A stretch of 64,000 nt of DNA from Azolla caroliniana (taxonomy: Eukaryota; Plantae; Polypodiophyta): NCBI GenBank assembly GCA_043228905.1, contig JBHGNT010000001.1, positions 11,470,001 to 11,534,000 on the forward strand, in the 5' to 3' direction. Position 1 is the stretch's first letter, and every line of letters begins with the position of its first letter. A program made the position numbers and the translations under genes. Below are positions 11,775 through 24,123 of the stretch, piece by piece. Below the pieces are notes generated by a model that saw only the letters and a program-made list of their open reading frames with translations, did no database searches and was not told the origin of the DNA.

Positions 11775-13065
11775 AAGTTTCTCAACGATTGGAAGATGGA
11801 ACAAATGGCTTGTCATTGGGTTGGTTGATGATGGGTTGTGGAATTTTTTGTATGCTAGAAGGCATGTTGTTGTGATGTGGGAAGCACACATGAGGAAAGA
11901 AATCAAACTAGATATATATAGGTTGAAGTCGGGTAAATATATGATAAGAAGGACAGAAAACAAGATAACTACAAAAAGGTATAGTTCAATTGACAAGAGT
12001 GTACTCCAATTGTGAAAGGTCGAGTGTTTGAGTCTTGTTTCAGGTGCTCCAAAGGTCTATAAAAAGGAGAGGAGAGGTCATAATGGGGGTCTCGGTTACC
12101 ATTTTTAATTGCATGAGGTGCTCCCGAGGCCTATAAGAAGGAGGAGAGCTCATAATGGGGGTCAAATTATGGATCAAAGTGAAAGTGTTGCCGATATCTT
12201 TGAACGCGCTTGGAGTAACCAAGCTATTTTGATCGTGATTGTGCCCACCAAGTAAGCAGTTTGAACCTTCTTCTCCTCGATCCTTCTCCACCTCCAACTT
12301 CAAGATGGAAAATTGCCACATAGATGTAATCATGTAAGGCAAGATTTAAACAAGATTCAAACCTTACACCTAAAGGGTTAGAAGCATTGTATTGATCAAT
12401 GGGGCAACTATTATTGAGTGTTAGATTTCTCATAGATAAATATTCCATATGAATACATGTTCAAAAACCAGTAAGAGAAACCCCTTAGGCATCAAAACAG
12501 ATATCAGTCGGTAACTTGAAGTCTCCAACACAACAATTCGAGTCCACATCCCATCCTTTTTGGTTGAATTTCCCCGTGGTCTTGCTCACATTTCACATGA
12601 CTTCCGACAATATCATCATGCTTTTGAGTCTTGACAATATTTTCCTCCTTAAATTGAATGATCACACTTGTGAACATGCACTCTACATGTGCGAGAGTGA
12701 GTTTGTCCCTGACAAAATGGGTACATTGGAGCATAGTCGTCCTTCTGCAAATTTTTGTCCTTCATGCAACATGTGTGCATGTGTAATTTTGTAAGTGCTC
12801 CCATGTGCTTGTAATACCCTAAACCTAAGTTGTTGGCAATTGAGCTATACTTTTTTGCACTATTTAACTTCAAATTGTCTTCTCTCCTTGTCATATCTTT
12901 GCCCTATCCTTCAACCTTTTATATATATCTAGTTTGACTTCTTTCCTCATGTGTGCATCCCACATCACGACAACATGCCTTCTAGCATACACAAAATTCC
13001 ACAACCCATCATCAACAAACCCAATGACAGGCCATTTATTCCATCGTCCAATCGTTGAGAAACTT
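11775..13065. repeat. Long inverted repeat (arms about 220-230 bp, spacer about 840 bp); possible Mutator-like element TIRs
   Basis: 11775-11996 is an imperfect reverse complement of 12833-13065. The ORF track shows near-identical peptides (FSTIGRWNKW...) on opposite strands. Confidence 0.85.
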
Positions 13066-16000
13066 AAACATGTTGTTAGTAAGTCATTCAAAGGGGTTGA
13101 AGCATATAGTTATGCATAACACTCAAGATGCAACCCCAAATGGAATGTGTTACAAAGGCTTTTTAGGTGTGCGTGATGGGAGAGATAGTTCCTCCATCAC
13201 ATACTCTATCTTAATCTTCTCCATTTAACTCCTATTCAACTCTTTAGCAAGCCTGCTTTGAATATATTCCTATATCTTATTGGGTTGGCTAGTGTTACAT
13301 TATCAAAATTGAACCTTGTACTTCAATAAGAAATTACAAATATATGTTAGTAAGATTATATTATGCACTTTATAATATAGGATTTGGTCAATTAGAAAAA
13401 CCTTCCAAACGGCCAAACACCGAACAGGTGCTCATACCATGCCCTATAAAGTGGAGTCATGTCAATTGTTCAAAAATGCAAGATGTAGTGTATACACACA
13501 TACACAAATTCCTACAAATTCATAAGATAGTCTCCATTTTGATTTTAACTCTATGATGATTGCATTTAGAAACTCTGAATTGTTACGGCAATTATCACTC
13601 TATGTATATCTTTGCTCTCAAAAACTCAAATGGGCATGCATGACAATAGTTTTATATTTACTAAATCAAGAGGTTAGGTAATGCTTCCCTAGTGAATGTA
13701 GAATTGAAGAAATCATGGCTTAGTATTATGTATTCAAGAAAAACTGTAACCTAACAATGGATACAAAGATGATAGGTCAACGTTATAGTTTTTGAAAACT
13801 ATGGAGATTTACAACTCTTTTTGTTTTGGAATTGGGACACGGCTTACGTATTTTGTTAAACCTTTGCAATGAGATTGAGAAAATACAAAAGCACCTTTTT
13901 ACTCAATTTAACTCTTGGTGATGAGAACGATAGAATTGTATGCCACCAAATGCATGTCTAATAACATTTTCAAAATCTTGAGACTATGCTTCCCAACATC
14001 ACCTACAGATAGGAAACATAAGATCAACCACAAAAAACAAGCTTCTCCTTATGTTGGATAATTGAACATTTACAAATGAACCTAAGAACATAGGATAATT
14101 TTCTACTTGCCCTACTTTAGGTAGCTTGTGCATTAAGTGGAAGGCTACAATTCACTTCAAAGGTAGGTCAGACACTTCCTCAAATAAATCCACAATATTT
14201 GAAACATTACATGAAATGAAAAGTTGAACCAGAAACTTGAATTTAGATGTACACAATAGTGCTACTACATATGTGTTCCCACACACTTTACGAATTAAAT
14301 GTTGGAAGGCAAAATATTGAGGAGAAAATGAGAACATGTGCACAATGGCGTCTAAATCAAATGGAGATAGAAGCATATGTCGCCTTCATGTGCCTTATAT
14401 TTGTTGAAATTAGATTGGTTTTTAATGAGTTACTACAAAAGTGCACCACATTTCAAGAACTCCTATAGAGGACAAACTCTTCATCCATGACTTTGGCTAT
14501 CTCTTTTGCAAAAACGGCAAAACCACTTCTACATATTTTTCTATTGTAGTTCATTTCAATTTGATTCCCAATTTACCCACTATAAGTTCAATGGATGGCA
14601 CTTTGTAAAAATCTAGAGGTCCCATGAGCCATTTTGACCATCACCATATATCATTTGATGCAATGCACACTATTAGAAATCTTGAATATTCTAAGGACAA
14701 CTTATATTATATAGCGTGGTCACCTTTTTTTATTGGAAGTACTATGTATCTACTTAGGCTTAAGAAGTCACGTGAGAGGTCCTACAATTGTCTAACTTTT
14801 TATAAGATTTCAATTGAGATCCCTAGGCCATCTGTCTTTTGAATTATGATTTCTTTTTATCATTAATACACCTCTATTTACGGAGAAGAAGAAAGTACCC
14901 ACTCAGAAAGTATGATCAACTAAATGCATCTAGGAGACACTGGTTTCTTCCTTGTTAACATGAAAGCTTATGCAGGTAGTTTGGCACATGTAGTAGTTCT
15001 AATGTTGCTTAGTGTTAGTGTGTCACAACACTCGTGGGCGTGTTTATCTTTATGAAAGGACTTGAATGCTTTAAGGCCACATCAATATCCCATGATAACT
15101 TTTTTTTCTCCTCACTATTTTCTCGCATATTTCATAACATCTCATGTGCATGTGCTACTTTTTGGCTTTATCCAATTGCTAATACGTTATCAAAGTTTTG
15201 TTGCAAAGCTCGCCATATATAAAACTACAAAATTCTATATCACAATATGACAATTTGTCCAACCTCGTTAGGTTGAGTAAAAAGAGAAGAAGAGTGAGCA
15301 AGGTTGTATTGAGTGTCCTTGTCATTTTGTCCATACCCATCTATATGCATATGCCAAAGAGATGACGACATCACTATGTGACGATGGGGTGGCGCCACTA
15401 AGATAAAATTAAGGATGGAAATAAATTTATATGTGGACACAAAAGTTTGGGGGAGCTAGTGTCCTTGCAAGAGAAAGCGATAGAGAGGTGACACTTTTAA
15501 AAAGGCAAAGATCTCTCCATCTCAATAATCTTTTGCTTGAGACATTTTCATGCTTATGTTTAACTTCTAGTGCAATATTGGAGCACTTAAAGGTTGGGTC
15601 ATCATTGTCAATGGCATGTAAAGTGTGTGCTAACAAGTGTATATGGATGTGAATATGTTTTAAAGGGGCCACAATTAAGAAGAGGATGTAAATGACCTTC
15701 TAAAAATGTGTTCTATGCAATATCTCATAGAGAAATATCAACTAAACCTTGACCAGCTATTAAAAGTAGAAAGCAATCTTCATATAGTCTCTATACTTCC
15801 TTCCTATGTGGTGGCTCATATATCTGGTTCTGGTATGTGACATGTTTGTATCCATAAGAGTTACAAATGTGATTCAACTTTCATGCCAAATGTTTAATGA
15901 AGAATTACCTTTATAATTGACACTAGAAAAACGCTAAAATCCTATTTGAAAATTACTACCATGCATAAAAAAACTTCAACTTAAAATATAAAATGGTTAG

Positions 16001-18401
16001 ATTAAATCAAAACCATTTGAATGTAGTATAAGATGCATGCATTAGATTAATGCCTCTACACTTTAAGGGCAAGATATAGAATACATGTTGAAGGCATGGG
16101 TGATAATAAACAATCCAAAATATTGATGTAGGCCCAATGTGTCATGGAACAATGGTGTGGACAAACAACAACATCAACAACAACTTTTCCAACGAGATGT
16201 GAATGCCAAATTGACATGTTTTGTAGTTAACTTATCAAAGCATTCTAATAGAAAACTTTATGAATATGGTACCAACACAAACTTATCAAAAACCCCTTTC
16301 TTAGAATTGGATGGATCCATATTGGAATGTGTTATTTCTTTGATAATCCCGAAACAAGGTGTTACTCCTTAAATTCTCAACAAAAGGTATTATTTTACCA
16401 AGTAAAACAACCACAACACTAAATGTAGTAATGTTTTTGGAACTATACATATTATTTCTAACATGGGGGAGAAAGAATACCACTTAAGTGATATCTTAGG
16501 AGTTGTAAATGGATTTGTTGGGTTGTAAGATAGCCAAATCTACAAAGATTTCGATAATAAATATATGTAAAAGGCCATTAATTCCTTAATGTCAATGATC
16601 TTAAAACTATTGATAGTTTGTTATACATATGAATTTATGGATGCGTCTTTGAGACAACGTTATTAACAATAAATTATTTATTCCCCCATCATTATAGTGA
16701 TGATTGAGGAGTGCCAATAACATCTTCCTCATACTTATGCATTTTACAACCTTCCACCAAGACAACGTTAATGCGCGTAATATAATCTTCAATTATTTCA
16801 TTCCTAATGTATTGTGTTGGTCATTTGCGCCACATCATAACTTGTCTTAATATGCGGTTGTAGTCCCATTGTGTAAACCTCTACTATCAAGATTGCAATA
16901 TCCAAATAAAAGGATGATAGTTGTAGCAAAGACAATGGCCACCATGCATGTGTCCTTGTTTTCAATGGTTTACAAACACAATATCTAAGCGTGTGAAAAG
17001 CTAAGATAATCCATTTTGCCTAACATCCATCATGTACCTTATAATATTCCCCATAGATATAAATTATGTTACATAAAAAATAACGATGGTAACATAACAT
17101 TCAATATTTTGATTTTTGCAAAGTCCAACATGTTTGTTGTGCATACATTATTTGACCTATAACTTGTAATTGTATGTTCAATGATGATTGTCAATTTTTT
17201 CTTTAGATCTTGACAAAAATATAACCAAATTCAAAATCTTACGGTTGGCAACCTTGGGGTGGGAATTTCCTCAACTCAAACAAAAATGATCCATGGTGCC
17301 TTATGCAACTAAGTTAGGCATTACAAATTTGAACATGCATATATGATAGTCCATGCATGTCCGTGCAATCAAAAGAGTAGCTTTTAATATCTAAAACAAA
17401 TGATAGAGCATCAACGCAAGGTTGGTTACAAAAGATTTTACTTCAAGAGTATTTCTAGGATAAGATAGGTTAAAACTTCAATGTTCTTGTAGTCTTGGTT
17501 GGGAAAATAGTCATGTAATGCAAACATTATATTGAAAGAAAGAAGAGAAATTGAAACAATCATAAAAGTGTATAAATATTCATGGAATTGCAATTTAAAT
17601 GTAAAAAAAAATAAAACCCTACCTTGGTCAATTTCAAATCTCAATTGTCTCAACAATGAATTCCACCCCCCCTAAATTGGCAACATGAGAGCTTAGAAGC
17701 TCCATACCATTAATGGGCCTAAGGTAGACCAACTTTCTCCCATATATCACAACAAAGGCACAAAGAAACATGAGAGAAATGCATGTGATCACATAATTCC
17801 TCGTGTATCACAAGTTTTGGTAATGTTGTGTTATTTTTTTCCTAGTGGATGCTCTACAACAATCAAGACCTAGTCACTTAAATAAATGTAGGAATAAAAC
17901 ACAAGGTTATATACACAATTCGTCAACAATCAATTTATTACTGGAGTCTCACAATGTCATCTTGCTTATGGATAAGAGGGCGATACTATAAGTGTTGTCC
18001 ATTGGGAATATACTAGAGGCATACAGAGACCAATCAACATCCATAAAATCTAGAAAATTTTAATGATATGGTTTAAATATGAAGGACTGTAATCACTCAT
18101 GGTTGGTAAGAAATCTCAAGCCTAAATAGGCTACATGGAGGTGAGAGGATTACAAGTGATTCATACAACAGATTGGACTTATTCATACACACATACATAC
18201 ATAGAGAGAGAGAGAGACCTAGAGAGAGTATGGTACATCATTGTCCACATGATTGACAAGTTATGTCTCTTGAGAGACGATGTAGTCTACGAATGATGAT
18301 GTCATGCGCACAACTTTTTTTATTATAGTGTTGAACAATGAATAAAGATGGATGACTCTCAACTTTCTCTATATTGATCCTTTGTAATAGTGTTGAATAA
18401 A

Positions 18402-18459
<58 letters not shown>

Positions 18460-18629
18460 ACATTTGTCACTACATAAGAGCTAGAGAGAAGAATTATTCA
18501 ACGTGGGACAATATAACAAGGAATCAACAACTTTAGAGAGAGATGGAGGCAAAGAGAGAATGAGATGATATGTGTGTGCTTGTGACAAAATGGGTTTCGT
18601 AACTTGAGAGATTATATTCGATTACATAT

Positions 18630-19005
18630 TTTTTAGCGTCCATGAAGAGGCCAATATTAACCCATGGGACTTGAGTACACGAGTTTTCTTGATGTGTGTG
18701 TCCTTCCTAAGAAGGGATATTCATACTTCGAAGCACAAAGTCTCAACATGTGTATAGGGCATACACAAATGGCTTAACCTTCCGGGTCTTCTCTTTAGCG
18801 TGACACTTAAGTCATCACGCCCTTGTAATATGTCATCATAACTTCACGAAGTGTACTAGATGTTTAATATGGCCACATCCTCTATTAACCCTTCCTAGCA
18901 TACTTTACATGCTTTCTTATTCAACAGATTTTGATGCCATAATGCAACTTCAATACCTAGTTTGTTTTATCAAGTTTGAAGGACTGTGATCACTCTACCT
19001 GGGTA
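18630..19005 (-). mobile_element. 5'-truncated LINE fragment, same family as 55878-57426
   Basis: Colinear similarity to about 55895-56280 (CTTCCTAAGAAGGG, GAAGCACAAAGTCTC, GCAACTTCAATACCTA), with the tail stem-loop at 18638-18670. Confidence 0.85.
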
Positions 19006-19447
19006 AGCTTGTGACATTGTCGTTTGAAGATGTGTGGTAAGGTGTGGTATTTGGAAATTAGAAAGTGAACATGTGCGTGTTTGTGGGATTGTCATTTAGA
19101 GATTTGCATAATCGATCAAAGGCATAATGGATGGAGCATTGTATGGAGAGACTCATGTATGAAGTCTAAAGATTGTGATCAAATTCTTTAAGGAGATATA
19201 GAATTCTAGAGAGAGAATGTGGGATTCCACAAGTCTATGGACATAAAGATAGGATTCTAGAATCTGGAGCTAGAAATATAAAATTCTAGAGAGTCTAGAG
19301 TGAGGACACGAAAACTTTTGAGCTCATGACATACACAACTATCCAAAAGACCCAAGGGATTGGGGTGTGTATGTGTTGTTTTTGTGAAGGGATCATTTTG
19401 ATGTGTGAGAGGAAGTAGAAACCTAGAGAGAGAGGGGAGGGGGGGGA

Positions 19448-20087
19448 TTTTATTGTCCTTGGAGGTCAAATATGTCCTATGGAACCAAAGTGAAACATTT
19501 TCATGTAGACATACATACACACAAATTTTATTATGGTCCCTAAATATAAGAGATGATCTATCTTACAAAGAGTGAAACATTTTCATGCGCTATGCATGAA
19601 ATTGAATAGTGACCCTTGACCCTTGTCACAATAGAGCAACATCACATTATGAGACAAATGTAATGTAACCCATTCTCCAAACCATCTCTCCTATTATTGT
19701 ATCAATGATCTCAATGGGAAGAGATCCGACGTCAAGAGGGAGGATTGTGTACAATATTTGTATCTTGACACGAGAACAAGCTTCCATAGGTTTTCAAATA
19801 CTTTGTAAGTGGATTTAGTTAATGCTATCACCCCCATACTTCAACCCCACAAAGACGCCCTAAAACTATTAAATTGTTAGAGATATATTTCTATTCCGTT
19901 GCAAAGTTCTCAAATATATACAATAAGCATCTTCCACATAGCAAATAACACACTGGATCTATCTATGGTTGAATGGAACCTTAAGCCCCACATATTTAAA
20001 GCTATCTACCATTTCCAATGGCTCATTATTGTATATAAATGGTTTATCATAACTTTTGGTCGTTTCAAGCATAACTTTTGTTTTAGG
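19448..20087 (-). mobile_element. Degraded LINE fragment related to 57428-58859
   Basis: KTKVML...YNNEPLEMVDSFKYVGLKVP RT-thumb peptide, shared ATGATCTCAATGGGAAG, and tail stem-loop at 19455-19485. Confidence 0.8.
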
Positions 20088-20210
20088 GAGAGAATTACAT
20101 AGAAGTCTAGGGAGAGATAGAATTCTGGAAAGAGAAAGAAAGAGAGCTATAATTCTCAAGAGATATAGATATATTTTATTCTCGTTCTTCAAGGTCAAAT
20201 ATGACCTATT

Positions 20211-20263
<53 letters not shown>

Positions 20264-20837
20264 TAGAGATGAAGTGACTTTTGAGGTTAAGACACCCAAC
20301 TACGCAAAAAAGGGCCAAAGGGGAAGGGGGGGTCCAATGTGCATGTGTGTTGTGTTGTATTGTGGAGGGGTCATGTTGGTGCGCGTGCAATGAAGGAAGT
20401 TTTGGAAGGTTGTGGCCACACACACAAAAGAAAAAAGAGAAAAGGAGAAAGAAAGAAAGCGAGAAAAGGGGGGGGGGGTGTGCTCAACGACAATCATACT
20501 TTCGGCAACAACAACAACACGAAATAATACTACAAAAAGGTGATGCCCAAGTCGTCCCTCCACTACCTTAGAGTTCCCCCCCTCCCCCTTCTAGGTTCTC
20601 CTTCCTCAATAACAAGAGACTTAATTTATCTTCACACATATACATACCACACACACACACATACACACACACTTGGCTATCATATATTTTAGTTCCGAAG
20701 TTTTTAACTCATGTAGAGATCTATACCACCATAGCTCCCCCCCTCTTCTTCTTATTCATGCCTCCTTTAAAATCCAAGTTTTAATATCCTTTCCTTATTC
20801 TGCACGCATAGATTAGTTTGGATCACTTTCGATTGGC

Positions 20838-22807
20838 ATGAACTCGGAACATTATAACCAAAATAAGTCGCTTCGACCACCTCCCCTTGCAGATCATCAC
20901 CACAACTTTAATAGTGCTAATGGTTCATCATTGACCTACAACAGTAATAACATGGGAGGTCAAATTAACCCTCTTTTCTTCCCCTCTACCAATAGTACCT
21001 TCCTTAATGTTGCTCAGAAATTGCCCCATGACACTTTGGAGGCAATGCTTGCCTCTAAACAACTTGCACGAGGTGAGTGATTGCTAATTCATACTTAGAT
21101 CTCCTTGTTCATAAGTTATAGTTTGTTTAAATATACTAATGTCCATTCACTAACACTAGGTTATTAGAGTTTGGCTAGATTTAAAAGTTTCTCTTAAGTG
21201 GGTCAATTAATGTTTGTATAGGAGGGTCATTACAATTGATTGGAGACTTTGAAGGTGGAGGAGAAGGTCATGGGGCCAACACTAGTCAAGAGGATGAAAG
21301 AGTAAAGAGGCAACCAAGTTTTAGTAATCCAAGGTCTAATTACAAGGGAGAAGGTACCAATAACAACAACAATATGTATATTGATTTAGGGGGAGGAAGT
21401 CGAGGAGGTGGGGAAGAAGCTCACACATTGAGCATGGATTACATGAACATGCACATGGATGAAGGTGTGGAGTATATTGATGGTGATCTAGGGGAACACA
21501 TGAAAAAAGGTGGTGTCCTAGGGACTACTACTAGGAGACTTGGATATGAACAAGTTAAGGCACTTGAGAAGGCATTTGAAGTTGAAAATAGGCTTGAGCC
21601 TGAAAGGAAAGTTAAGTTGGCCTCTCAACTTGGTCTTCAACCCAGACAAGTTGCTGTTTGGTTCCAAAATCGAAGAGCTCGATGGAAAACTAAGCAAATG
21701 GAAAGGGACTATACTGTCCTCAAGAACAAGTTTGAGGCCCTCAAAGCCGATCGAGATAAGCTCATCCAAGAGAAAGATCAACTCCAAGCCGAGGTATGTG
21801 CATCCAATAGCATTACTTCCTTCTTCTTTTCACAAATATAATAAAATAGTGCATGGTTCAATGTTAGAGTTGGATGGTTTTTGTACAAACCACTTATTGG
21901 GTTTTCATGGAGATATGTTATAAGCTATAACATTTGGTTTTAGAGGCCAATTCACTATAATTTAGTAGTTCTATGCTAGAATTTAAATTTGGTCTAAGGG
22001 CAACAACTTACACTAACTTAAATTTAGTTCATTGTCTCACACCAACTTTAGTTAATGTATTTGGTCTAAGGGCTACAACTTACTATATTATAGTAGCTTT
22101 GTACTAAAATGTTAAATTCTATCACGATGTTATGTTGTACCACGTTTTCTTGTTTTAATAATTTTAGTGTGTGTTTAATCTATCGAAATCTACTCAATCT
22201 TGTGAACATTAACAACCCAAAGCCAACTACTTTTCTAGATGGAAGATAGAACTTTCCACTTTAAGGCCCTTTTTTCTTTTATATGTCTAGAATTCAAAAT
22301 ATGTCACGGATGGGACTTTAAATATTAGTGGGGCGTAGCTCTCGGACTAACATTAAAAATGTCTTACTTCTTTTTTATTGTCTACTTTAATAGCTTTCTC
22401 GATTGAAAGGTCATGACATGGAAGATAAGAAAGTGGGAGATCAAGATTCACCAACTCTAGCATCTTGCTCTTTGGTTGATGATGCTTCCCATCAAGTAAA
22501 TGTTGAGGATCAAGGTCATGCGGGGAAAGCTTCCCTAGACGAAAAGCTTGAGAATGACAGTTTATCGAGGACAGAAGACAGTGGCAATGTTAACGGAGAC
22601 ATTGAAGACTCTAGCTCAATGCTACAAGGTCAATCTTCATTAAAACCCGTTAATAATGAGGAGACAGACTTGTACAACCACCACAACAACCATTGGAGGT
22701 TGGCCCCATCTCAAAGCTACTACAAAAATAATATCAAGAATGAGGAATGGGAAAACGGTGAGCAAGGACCTCTCAATATGCCGATGGAATGGTATCATAA
22801 TTGGTGA
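20838..22807 (+). CDS. Class I homeodomain-leucine zipper (HD-Zip I) transcription factor; exons 20838-21072, 21222-21793, 22394-22807 (406 aa)
   Basis: Homeodomain [60 protein letters not shown] is followed by a leucine zipper. GT-AG introns have consistent phases (1, 0). Trp-rich AHA-like C-terminus MEWYHNW. Confidence 0.93.
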
Positions 22808-23644
22808 ATGTATATTTTATAGTTAATTAAACCTTCACCTTTCTCCCTTTCTCTCACCAAAAACATGTATCAAAGAGAGAATGAGAGAATGACGAAGAGA
22901 ATTGCTCGTGCAACATCTTGCCGAGGTCTAGATTTTTCATTTGTAATCTATCCTACATTGATTAAACAAGTCTCTCTAATGTAATTTTGAAGAATGATCT
23001 CATTGTATACAAATTCAAAAATTTCATTCTTACAAAAGTTCAAGACTACTCCCTTTACATCATTTCAAAGTGTCAAAATACTATTCAAGGTCCACCCGAA
23101 GAAGTGTAACTAGAATTTACACAAATATTCAATTTTGTACATGTATGGAACATATAAAGGTAGCCAGAGGAGCATTGTCCTAAGCAATAGTTTTGTCTAG
23201 TTTCAATTGTACAATATGAACCTTTTTTGAACCTTACGATGGGAATATAAAAAGAACACAATTAATCCAATATATTACTTTGACAAGTTCTAAATTTGAT
23301 GCAGAAAGTGGCGTCCTTGAATTTCGAATTATTTTGTGACCACAACTAAAGTTACCACCATAATCTAGTAATGATGTTGATTGGTCTCTATTTTTGTATA
23401 TTTTGTCAACATTGTAATATAGTAGTCTTTATCATGAACTTTATCAAGGTCCAACCAATGTTTTTATGCAAATTAAAGCTCTATCAATGGTATGATCAAA
23501 CTTTCTTACATTATGTGAACTTTTGACCTTCCATTCCCATTTAGAGGCGTGATGTGGAAGCATAACCTCTGTCTTTGAATTCTATAATATCTATCATATT
23601 TGATAATAAAATATATAAAGATATATATGTTATGAATCATATAT

Positions 23645-23728
23645 CCGACCTTAGCTCAGTTGGTAGAGCGGAGGACTGTAGTGTTGGCTGTTATCCTTAG
23701 GTCGCTGGTTCGAATCCGGCAGGTCGGA
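23645..23728 (+). tRNA. tRNA-Tyr(GUA) with an 11-nt intron (23682-23692)
   Basis: CCGACCTTAGCTCAGTTGGTAGAGCGGAGGACTGTAG[TGTTGGCTGTT]ATCCTTAGGTCGCTGGTTCGAATCCGGCAGGTCGGA matches plant nuclear tRNA-Tyr. Anticodon GTA at 23678-23680; T-runs downstream and a TATA-like element upstream. Confidence 0.98.
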
Positions 23729-23759
23729 TCTTTGTTTTAGTTTTCAAATCGATTGTTCA

Positions 23760-23934
23760 CTCTTTTGTGTATTGTATTTTACAACTTTGTTTAGAATTTC
23801 CATCATGTTATATAAGTTCTTTATGTTTTAAACTTGCATACATACTTTGCTCTTTAGTGTATTGTATTTGACAATTTTGTTTAGAATTTCCGTCATGTTA
23901 TATAAATTCTTTATGTTTTAAACTTGCATATATA
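23760..23934. repeat. Tandem duplication, 90-bp period
   Basis: CTCTTT.GTGTATTGTATTT.ACAA.TTTGTTTAGAATTTCC...AAACTTGCATA occurs twice. Confidence 0.9.
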
Positions 23935-24123
23935 TGTTGAAGTAATTCATCGTGGCTTGCTTTACATGCTATCAACTACAAGTTTACATATGACAGTGTT
24001 TTCCATAATGTCTACTTAACCAGTGTATGTTTTCCATATGACAGTGTTTTCCATAACTAACAACACGCACATGGTTCCTTTTGTGGAACCATATGTACAA
24101 TTTGCACCAACACTTGATGGTAT

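Noticed and set aside
13150-17200. Many short ORFs in AT-rich DNA (similarly 32600-33400 and 36000-37900)
   Set aside because: Probably old decayed transposons, but no diagnostic motif could be read, so no call was made.
17238-17690. Possible MITE with GTTG(G/C)CAA...GGGG...GGAATT inverted ends
   Set aside because: The termini are too degenerate and no TSD was found.
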